Shown here: positions 13,303-24,200 of the stretch, piece after piece | Layout of the letters: each line of letters opens with the position of its first letter | Numbering within the stretch: the stretch's first letter is position 1 | Source of the DNA: Setoptus koraiensis | Lineage: Eukaryota; Animalia; Arthropoda | Assembly: GCA_048013815.1 (NCBI GenBank) | Contig: CM106585.1 | Location: forward strand, 3,472,001-3,536,000 | Reading direction: 5' to 3' | DNA: 64,000 nucleotides | The notes under the pieces: generated by a model | The model's input: only the letters and a program-made list of their open reading frames with translations | What the model was told of the DNA's origin: nothing | Databases searched by the model: none | Position numbers and translations under genes: made by a program

Positions 13303-15093
13303 CAACACAAACGCGCAACCGTTCGGCAGTCGTTGAGCAATCGTTAGGCGAGCGCCACGTAACGCCAGCCCAAAGCAATAAGTCATTAGTTATTAAGACC
13401 GGCAACAGTGATCTTGATTTTATTGGATAGACATTGGCGTTATGTAATAACAATGTTTACATGCCTGGTGGTAGCGTGATCTTGTTGTTGTTGTTGTTGT
13501 TGTTGCTTGTTATCGATTATCTCCATCATAATCATCATTGTTATTTAAATTGCCCCCTCCTCCCCCTCGCCCGGCCCATTTGATGCTGCCTGGGGCTGGC
13601 TGGGGCCAGTCACTCGGGCACTCGGGCAAGCTCAAACTTGCCCGGCGAGTGAACAGCCAGCAAGAGTGAGCTCGACGATGATCGGCGGACAATGCCGGGC
13701 CCATGTGATAAAATGCCCGCTACTACTACTCGCGTGTGACTTATTGCCGCATACACTTGCACTTGGTTAGATCTATTCGCTGCCAGTATTTCATTCTTGT
13801 CGCTATTCATGCCAGCCAGTCGACATGCTGATGTCGTTGCCGATGCAACAACCGCCACGACAACCACCGAATTTCCTTGTTCGCCTACTTGGGCCGTTAC
13901 TGTGCACGGGCCAGCAAATAACAATGCTCGTATGGGGCCCACTAAAAGAACGCAACCCGAGAAAAAGAACGCGACCAAAAAGAACGACGAAAGAAACGCA
14001 AGAGAGAATGCAAACAAGAAAAGATTGCTCGCACAGTTCTTGCACAACACGTGCACGTGCAATTTATAACGTGCATGAAGCGTGAAAAAATGATTATATC
14101 TTTTCTATCATTACTGCACACTTTGTAATCACATAATGGCAGTGGTTGCGGTAATGGCACACTGCTGATACTGCCACCGGCTCTGCCACTGATAGTGCCA
14201 GACAGTGGTTGTGTGGTTGTGAATTATTTAAAAATTTCCATTGCCGTTGCCAGTGCCAGCCAGCGGGACCCTCGTTTTACAGCTAGCGGCAGCGAGAAAA
14301 AAGCAGCGAAAAAGAAGAAATGTTATCAATGATTCGCTTTCAACGTCGTAACCTTTAATTTGGCTACAGGCCTCAGGCACCGGGCGCACACACACACACT
14401 CAAACTGGGGCCACATTATATGCAAATGATGTCGCTACTGATAAAAGGAACGCTGATAAAAAGAATGGTCGCAGGAGGCAGCACCTTCGCCATTGCAAAA
14501 CACAGACACGATTCACATAGAGAATTCATTAGCGCTAACAATTGATTGTCAGCGCCACTCTTTCGCTTCTTATTCGAGCCTCGTTCTTTGCTCGGCTTCT
14601 CTCGCTCGCCCCATATCAAGCTCAGCCACTAAACAAACACTCGATGATAACCGACCGACTGTCGCGAAGCCAGTCGCAAGTGTCGGCGCCTCTCGGCGAT
14701 GCCACATTACTCAGCCGTCGTCACCTGTTGGTTTGCTTGGGCCCCAACATAGGCCAGATTGTTCGCTACTGAGGCTGCTTTTCTTCCGATCGACTCGTGA
14801 ACAATTGACTCGAGGTAACTTTTTGGTTGTAAGTGTTGCACCTTGTCTTTTGCTGGCGACCATGGTCCATCACGAAATCGTATGAAGAAAAGAGCAGTTT
14901 CCTCATATGAAACAGGCAGCATATTCTTAGGCTACTGTTACGAATTTTTTAATTTTTTTTTCATACAAAATGAAGTGAGGAATCGTGCGAGAAAAAAAGA
15001 CTACGAATAGCAATAATAAGCCAAGAAAATGGCTTGAATTTGAAGGATCAAAGTCCTGGAAAATGGGGTAGATGATATTTAAGCAAAAAGCAA

Positions 15094-15213
15094 AAGTGTA
15101 GGACACCCGGAGTTCCCAGGTGGTCTCCCTCCCAAGTACTAACCGGGCCTGACGTTGCTTAACTTCGCAGATCTGACGAGATGCGGTGTTTTCAACGTAG
15201 TATGGTCCTACAC
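15094..15213 (-). rRNA. 5S rRNA: 5S rRNA (copy 1)
   Basis: The reverse complement reads GTGTAGGACCATACTACGTTGAAAACACCGCATCTCGTCAGATCTGCGAAGTTAAGC...GTTAGTACTTGG..GGGAGACC..CTGGGAA..CCGGGTGTCCTACAC. It is 120 nt, has pairing ends (helix I), box A AGTTAAGC, and downstream T4/T5 Pol III terminators. Confidence 0.97.
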
Positions 15214-15323
15214 GAAAGAGGTTGTGTGCTGAGCTCTACTATTGAGCACGTGTCATGTCCCTGGTGGATTTTTCCTCAACTAATGATGTGCTCATCAGTA
15301 GATCTCACTACACTCTATCTTTC

Positions 15324-15443
15324 GTGTAGGACCATACTACGTTGAAAACACCGCATCTCGTCAGATCTGCGAAGTTAAGCAACGTCAGGCCCGGTTAGTA
15401 CTTGGGAGGGAGACCACCTGGGAACTCCGGGTGTCCTACACTT
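15324..15443 (+). rRNA. 5S rRNA: 5S rRNA (copy 2, identical to copy 1)
   Basis: Same 120-nt sequence as copy 1, followed by TTTTACTTTTT. Confidence 0.97.
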
Positions 15444-15613
15444 TTACTTTTTGCTGAAATACCACCGGGTTGATATTGACATTCATTACAAACAAAAGGA
15501 TAAAAAATATTTTTATGCATTTGGGATTCAATGCTAGAACAGATAAAATTGGCAAAAGACACAGGATGAGAGTTAAAATCATTTATTTATTGAATAATCT
15601 CGTGTGATTATTA

Positions 15614-17321
15614 TTACAGTCTCTTGCTCAATCTTCCATCTAGGAACGCTTGGAAAAACGCAAGCGACTCTCTGGGCTTGTCGCCAGGAACCATGTGACC
15701 TGATCCTTTGACCGTGAGGAACGTTATACCATCGTAGAATTTTAGAGAGCCCGCAATAATGCCATCAAGGGACCAAGGATTCAATGTCATGATCACTTTC
15801 CTGTTGAGATCATCAACGAACCATTCGTCGCCCAAGAAATTGCACACCATATCAACGTCGCCGTTGTAAACCAACAGGCTGAGTTTTCTTGGCGAACTCA
15901 ACAACTTTTGCATCTGAGGAGCTAAACCGCCCTCTCGAATGGGATATTGCATGGTGTATGGGACGTTGCCACACGGAATCCATCTGCCACCATCGAAATG
16001 GGGACAAACGTGAATGGCTTTTTGAACGTCCTTTCTGTTCATGTAATTAGTTAGGCCATCCTCTGAGGGACAGTGTGCCACCGGGCCTGAGTATAGCTGC
16101 TGATCCAAGCCGCCCAATAGATTCAAATGATTGCTGCGAGCGCCACGATTAACTCTGATGGGCGATGTCAAATTCAACTGTCTCATAATCAACTCTCGGC
16201 CGGCTCTCATGTGACTAGACTGCCCGCTGGAAACACCGTACTCCATCAGAGTGTCATCCGTGTGACCCGAGCTAACATTGGTCGTCTCGTAGGCCATTTC
16301 GGACGAAGTCTTTGGTCTGAGGCAAACATCGTAGATGTTGTAAGGATTCAGGCCGGCCAGACTGGTGATACTGTCGGTGGCTTCAAGCATGGCACTTTCG
16401 CATTGTTTACTTCTGTTGGGGTCCATAAATTGACAACCTGTTGGAGTGGGCGACTCACCCTTGCAACAATACTTTGACAGCTCCTGCCAAACCTTCTTGC
16501 CAATGAGACCGTGGTGATAACTGAAAAATATAAGCGACGATCCCAACTTGGACGAATCTAAGTAACCATTGCCAATTGCCATGCCCGCAAAATTGATGTC
16601 CTTGTCCTCGTCGACAAGCACTGCCAATGTTGGCAGATACACGCCGGCATACGATTCACCTGTCATAAAGAATTTATTCTTTTTGAATGCGGGAAACTTG
16701 ACGAAGAAATCCTTGAGAGCATTATAATTCCCTTTTGCGGTTACATCGTCGTTTGTTTTTGTTTTGCCATCAACGGCAAACGAGTAACCAACGCCAACTG
16801 GACTCTCCAAGAAGAGCATATTGGCACGTTTATTCCATGAGTAGGGATTCAATGTAATCTCGCTGCCATCATCTCTTGACACATCGTAGGGACCCAATTC
16901 TGTGAACATGCCCAAGATTGAACTGCAACCTGAATTTTTTGAAGACAACTTGACTTTAGTATATCGCTCACGTTTGTTTGTTTATGGATAAACAAGTTAG
17001 TTTGTGGGGATGGTGGTGATAGTTACCTGGACCTCCGTTCGACCACAAAACTACAGGGTCTGTTTCTGGGTTGGACTGACTTAGGGTGAACCAATAGTGT
17101 ATGTAATTGTTTGTCTTGTTCTTGGTATCCGCTTTCAAGTAGCCAGAGTATTGTTTAAAATTGGGCTTTTCTTTTAGACCTGGCAAGTCGATCACCTCGT
17201 CGCTGGCAGCATCTTTTCTCGGCTCCAACTTAAGTATCTTGATTTTTGAGGTGGCCTCGGCTTGAATGGCCAATAGACACAACAGAGTGCTACAACAGGC
17301 CAAAAACATAAGGCCCTTCAT
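15614..17321 (-). CDS. ctsa: Serine carboxypeptidase S10, cathepsin A / lysosomal protective protein-like (2 exons, about 536 aa)
   Basis: Exons 17321-17027 and 16929-15614. A 97-bp GT-AG phase-1 intron joins W-x-NGGPG|CSS. N-terminal signal peptide; catalytic motifs [14 protein letters not shown] and GSGHMVP. Confidence 0.93.
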
Positions 17322-20300
17322 GGTTTCTATGGAAGGGGCACTGGTGTTGACTACGGAACAAAATAATGACTATCTATTATACCCAGAAAGACGGCTAAAT
17401 TTCGTGTGATTGACTAGATAGCGACTAGAAAGACAAAAGACCACAATCGCAGTATGAGAGCATTTATATACCCATACGGTACACATATGAAGATAGATTT
17501 GAGGTGGTTTGTTTGCAATTGTTGTTGAGCGGACAGATCGAATAACAAGATATCGTATGGCGATCATTATCGATAAACAGCTAATTTATACATTTGTATG
17601 ACCAAACTCCCATAGATGTGTCTATTTCTGACTCTGACCTGGTTCGTATTGTTGTTAGGGCATGACAACTAACAACTTATAACTATAACTAACAATTAAG
17701 TGATAATAGATAGACTCTAGCCGATAGAGTGTGGTCTGGGATAGAGTGGAACAAAGTGAAAGAAGTGTAATAAAAATGTTTTTACCGATGGTATTTATTT
17801 GCTCTTCCTCATATCTACATCGGTCGATTATTGATGTCAATCATAGGAATTGCCACTAGTAGCAACTACAATGTTGTCGCATTGATGTGTATATTAGATG
17901 CACACTGTTGATGGTCTCATAAAAAGATGTATCAACCTTAGGCGTTCCATTGGAGATAATAAATGATCATTTTTTGTCATTGTTTATACATCATTTTTAT
18001 ATTTTTATAGTAATGTAGTTAACATGAAATTAAGAGCCAAAACACATTTGTAACATTTTGTAATTTCTGAGCTAGATACAAAAGATGACGTTCACTCTGT
18101 GGGGCTTTTAATGGGTTCATACCTAGAACCGTTTTCTGAAATTCGTTCAAAGTTCGATTTTGCGATATTCAACAGTGCGCAAATTTACGCAATTTATCGA
18201 TTTTTACAATTCCATCTCATAGTTGATCGTATCATCCCAACTATAATCAATAGTTATGATCAGGCACATTACTATTAATATTGCATCGAATATTCTCCGC
18301 TGTCACAGACCAAAAGGCTATCAATAGACTACAACAGCAAGGACAGGCAATAGTTTGGCGGTGCCCCACAATCAATACTACATTTGTATTAATGCAAGCC
18401 AACAAGCGACCTTATTGTCCTCATCCTACCACTCACAACCTTGTCTTAACTACTGCTCCGATATTTTTTAAAAGGCATCGACAAATGGAAGTATAAACGC
18501 CATTATACTGAATGCTAGACATAATAAACTGAACTCACAATTGCCAAACCCAAATGACACAGAAAATTTAGTAAGATATTCTTTGCTAGAAGCAACATTG
18601 TCAAGTTACTGTCATTCGATGTCAATATCAAATAGTTATGACTCAAATGATAACTTAAAACGATTCGCGCAAAAGGTGCTTGAACTAGTTAGTAGTGATG
18701 GACCAACTAGATAGCTTGAGCTGACCCACGTAAGCGAAAAACAGTAACAGTAGCAGCAACAAGCACGAGACGAGTTTCTTGGATACCTTGTGGATCTCAT
18801 TGTCTGCATCAGACATATGTGTCGGGACATCTAGACAGCACAAAAAGTAAAAGTTATTTAGCTGATTACTATAAAAAGATGAGGGCGCGTGTTGGTCGAA
18901 TGACCTCAGTGTTAGTGTTGAGTTATTCAGTTTGTCACGTTTTGGTACCTTGGAACCTGTGGGTGTGACAGTTGCTTGTTAGTGCATCAGCTTTATGAAA
19001 AGATATATTGTTGCTCGAAATAGATGCATTCGCTTTTCATGGGAGATTTTTTTTAATTGTATAGTTCATTGTGTTCATTAGATAATGAGATGGGCGAGTT
19101 ACAATATACTTGTCAGATATGATAATGTAATTAATCCACAACGAGCCTATGCCAATCACACTCAAGACAATGTAAGATTCTCCATTAGGGCGTCTACCTT
19201 GGCGGAGATGACTCACCGGACAGTGTGTCTGTTTATCTGTCTGTGATTTGTGTAGTTTATAATTGTAATGTGTTGATGAAAATAATAATGCAGGCAACAG
19301 CAGGAACAAACTAAAATAAAACACAAAATAACTCCATCACGCTTGTGTGTTATTGGCGACGATAAATGCAAACATAGTCTAACGACTTTAAAATCTAGAG
19401 TGACGAGTGCAAACATGATAGCAAAAAAAGAGAGCAACAGATTCAATATGAGGCCTTGAGTTGGGCCACACTCACAATAAAGTCATCCAGTTTATGCTGC
19501 CATAAATCACCATGCTGCTGCTTGCTGAATTACCCTTGAAATACAACAATATCATCAACAACAACATTCGAAGATTCACTGAGGGAAACATAGTGTTTTG
19601 AGACTAGACATAAAGCTCGCTCATTCGTCGCCGTTGGCGAATGCAAACACACAGTTGAGCTCGTTTATTATTATTGGGCCATAACATAGCCAGACAAGAC
19701 GATGCTTGTGTCTGTTGCTGCTGTTGCTGCTGCTGCTGCTGTTGCGACCCTATGTCACTCATGCGACTCATTCGGTTGGCTAGCCTCCGAGTTGTAGCGT
19801 GCCCTCTGTTTGTTCTTGTATGCGCAACATATCATCTAAAAAGCAAATGAGCTAACACGATATAGCTGTAGCAGAAGTAACATTTCAACTAGAATTAGTT
19901 GCCAGATGCATAGAGAGCCGTCCATTGGCATGGGCTGATTTGGTGCCAAACACAAATATCATCATAATCATCATTTATGTATCATTTTTAATAATAGCGC
20001 CCACCAAAAAACGGGGCCACTAGTGAGAAAACAAGCCATACCACATCAAAACAACTGTTGCTTATATAAGAATATAAGCTGCCACTTTGTCGAATTAGTG
20101 ATCCATTGATAGTGAACAATATACTCATCTGGAAAGCTGTCACTGTTAGTGTATGCCAGTAAAATGTCTGTGGTCACTTTGTTAGAAACCATCACCTGCA
20201 ATCAAGCTCAAGATAAATAGCTCTTCAGCTCAACAAGTTGAGTCAATATCTTCAAAAACGAGCTGAGCTCAGGTGAGTATATCTCGATAGATTGGCGCAT

Positions 20301-21242
20301 AATCTCAACAATTGAATTCGGTGCGAGTTTCACTGCACTGCGGCTACGTGCTCATGATGATGATAACTGACAAAAGCAGATATAGTTACCACTGCCTCAA
20401 TATAGTTATCAATATGTGAATATAGCTATTACTAGGTGAATATAGTCGGTTTATCAGTGAGCCACAGTGAGCAGTTTGATGGGAGCTCCTAATGGACTTA
20501 TTTTGCATTTTCCAGTTAATCTCGCACTCCTCCAATGATTGGCTTCACAAGTCTGACTGGTTCGAAGAATACCTCTCTGTCTGATGAATCATCAGTGATG
20601 ATAATCGGAGCTGATTGTGAATATTTGATTGGTAGCGAGTACCTGTTGTGCATGTGGGTGACAAGTTCTTTTCGTAACATTAAATGGATTACGAGCGTCC
20701 AAACGGAAAAGATCTCAGAATGATTCTTTGTGTGCGTTTGCATTGTCGATGCTGTAGGCGTTTAATTCTCAACAGAATCATCTCCATATATAGCGATAGG
20801 CACACAAACATACACACAGATAAAAAGAAGAGACGAGTCTTGTTGTGAGTATTATTGTGACATCATCTGGAGCTATTGCTACATACACACAACATTCGAA
20901 TGGTTTAGTTACACGGCTACAAAAGAAACAGTTCCGAACTAGCGTCCTTCTCTTGTCCTTCTCAGTGAGCATAGCAGCGTTCGCGCACTCAATCCAAACA
21001 ACGATCAACATACGAATTATTTTGTGCAAATTCATCATTTATCAATCAATTTATATTTAGCTATTGTTTCAATTTGATCAACAGCATCATACTAATTAAT
21101 TTCACCATGTTTATATATATTTTTTGATTGTGCCATTCGGATGGGGTCAGTGTAAAATTAGTTAGATTTATTATTATTATTATTATTTAACCGGATATAT
21201 TGCAACAATTGATACAACTGATTGAAGGAGCACTCACACAAA

Positions 21243-24200
21243 ATGACTTCTACGTGGAGTCAGCTAGAGCAAATGCTCACTTGTGCCATTTGCCTGGACA
21301 AATTCAAGAATCCGCGCCTGTTACCGTGCCAGCATAGCTTTTGTGGCGATGCTTGCATGGAGGGCCTAGTTGATTATGCCAGACGCCAGATAAAATGCCC
21401 GGAATGTCGTGCCGAACATCGTATTCCATATCAAGGTGTAACAAGTCTACCGTCCAATGTGACACTAATTAGATTTCTCGAATTACATAGTCGTATCACC
21501 GGCGAAGAGCCTGATCCTGTGCCAAAATTCATGGAAAAATGTTCCGTTTGTGGTGAAAAAGTCGATGGTGTCCAGAAATGTTGTCATTGTGATAAAAAAG
21601 TTTGCCCAGAATGTAAAGAAGCCCATTTAGATTTATTGAAACGCGAAATGAATCGCGTCAACGGCCAGATAAAGCGTTGCTTCAGCAAAATAAAAGAATT
21701 CAAGGATTCTATAAAGAAATGTCAGGATAAGCTGACCGTGAATCACGTTAGTGTGAGGCACGAAATTGAAGAATCATGCCGACGATTAATCGAAGACTTA
21801 AAAGCAAAACAAGAGAAACTGCTGAATGAAGTGGATTTTTACGCCGCCCAAGAGACAAAGTTGTTGAGCAAATTGGACACATCGTTGGCCACCGAATTGG
21901 ACCTGTTAGAGTCAAATGTGAAATTGTGCGACGACAACATCAATGCTCAAAATTACAATTGGACAGATGCAGAGCTTGTGGAGATGAAGGAGATCTATGT
22001 AAAGGCGCTGGAGTTTGTCCGTTTATTTGATCCAGATTTAGGTGATTTCACGCGCAAGATGCGCTTTCAAATGATACCCGAATTCGACACAATGCGCAAG
22101 AAAATTTGCGAATTGGGCGAATTGAAACTGGCCGATAGCTCGGCAACGCTACTGGTGACGGCGTTGCAATTTTGCGGAGCCACCGGTCCGATGGCCGTCG
22201 AATTGAGCATGTCACAAGCGCCCCAAACAAACTACGGTCTGGCGCACAGCAGCTCGAACAGCAGCCAAATGAACGCCCTGTCAACGTCGGCCACCGCAAT
22301 GTTGCAATTGCCATCGATGCAAAACTCGTTGATGCGAAGCCAGAGTGACCACCGATTAGCTCAACAATTTCAACAGCGTCTCAAGCAACAAGAACAATCG
22401 GGCGCCAGCGGCATAACAAACGGGGCCTACGGTGCCAGCGACCACTCATCAACCAGTCGTACGGGTTACACAAGTCGCTACGGGTCGTCCGCTGCGTCTC
22501 AGGCCAGCGATCCGTTCGAGCAATCGATGCGGTCCCGTTACGGGCCCAGCGCGCGCTCCACCGTCACCAATCAGACCGATCGCGACCTGGAGCGATTGCA
22601 ATTGACACGAGACTGGCCGAGGCCCAACGACAGCGCAGCGGGCGCCGACTCAGACTTGCCTTTATCGTCGTCCATTCATTTCAAATCGGCGTTTATGCGC
22701 CGCAAAGAAAAAGAACGCCAACAACAGTCCGCCTACAACGGCGCCGGATACGGCGACGACGACGACGACAACGACTCAACGATAACCTCGGCCTCCGCTT
22801 ACAAAGTGAGATTCAATCAGGGCGACAACGACTACGCCGCGGCCGGTCAGACGGGCCAATCTTCAAGCGGGCCCAAAGTGGCAACAAAGGTGTTCGATGT
22901 GGAGGAGGTGGAACGAGGACCGTACAGTGGCGTCATCCGACTGGGCGACTCGCCCTATCTACTGAAGCGCCTGCATGAGTTGGAGGCCCGCTCCAAGGTG
23001 GAGAAGAGAATCGAGGACGCCGAAGCCGAACTGCGAACGTCAAGTGCACTGTCGCAGACGAACGTGACACCCTCGCGAACACCAACAAACTATTCGAGAC
23101 AATTAAGTGAGGACGAGATTGAGAAGCAGAAGAAGGCAAACAAGTTGGCGGCAGCGGCAGCAGCGGTGAGCACCACAACAACAACTGCGAGCAGTGTCAC
23201 AACAACGACAACAACAACACCAACAGCGACAATGGCAACAAGTGGCAACAACAACGCCAGCGAATTGTCAAGCGCAAGATACGGCACAGACAGCGTTGAA
23301 CCGAGACCCACGCCCCGGCTGAGATCGCGCGCAAATCAATTGTCCGGTAGTGGTCAGTCTAACGACACGCCAGAGTCGTCGCTGACAAGCGGCGATCAAC
23401 AGGATGCAGCAAGCGGCTTGCGAAACATTGGCGCGGATGCCGATGGTAGTGGTGTGACGGCAACACCGTCGGCCACTGCTCATATGGCCGGCGCTAGACA
23501 GACGTCCGATTTGGACAATAACAATGGGGCCGCTGTTAGCAGTGGCGGCAGCAGTGGCACGTCGACGTCGACTAGGCAGCGGAAAAATCTCAGATCGTTG
23601 GGTAGATCCACCAGTGGCTCAAAACAATCCGGCTCAATAGATGCTCAAACGGGTGCAATGTCGCCGGGGGCCGCCGCAGCGGCCACACGACAACGGAGAC
23701 GATTGCGTATGCAAGCCGGCTCAACAAACAGATCGCAAGACCAATCGTCGCTAGATGGCGGCGACACGCCAACTGGCAACAATGACGCAACCATGACAGG
23801 TATACGTGGCCTGTCGAGCCCGTTGAGCGCACTGTCTTCGGACAGAACGACGGCGGCAGCGGCAACAGCTTACAAGCCACAGCAGGCCACTTCCAGTATG
23901 AGAGACGCGGGAGCTAGGGACAGTGCCGACGACAAGAATGATTCAAAAAACTACCTGGCCGGTAGTGGTGGTAACAGCGCAACAACACGAACACAATACA
24001 GTGAACAGCGTAGAGCGACTAGTAATGATCGATCAAGTAGCGATCACACAACCACCACTACCGACGACGACGACAATGACATCAAGTCGGCTGCTTCGAG
24101 AAGCCGAAGCAGGACAATGACAGCAACACCGACTGCGCCGAAGCGTGTGACACCGACAAACAATGACGATTCCGACGACGATGACGACGACGACGACGAC

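Larger units (their letters stand above)
1..14900. other. Gene-free low-complexity block (large intergenic, regulatory or intronic region)
   Basis: All ORFs here are translations of (GT)n, (CAA)n, (GCA)n or short tandem repeats. I recognised no protein motif. Composition changes sharply near 14.9 kb. Confidence 0.7.

Noticed and set aside
107-14885. Dozens of 60-235 aa ORFs in the first 15 kb
   Set aside because: They are translations of microsatellites and tandem arrays (poly-V/C/T/Q/H), overlap on all frames and show no recognisable domain.
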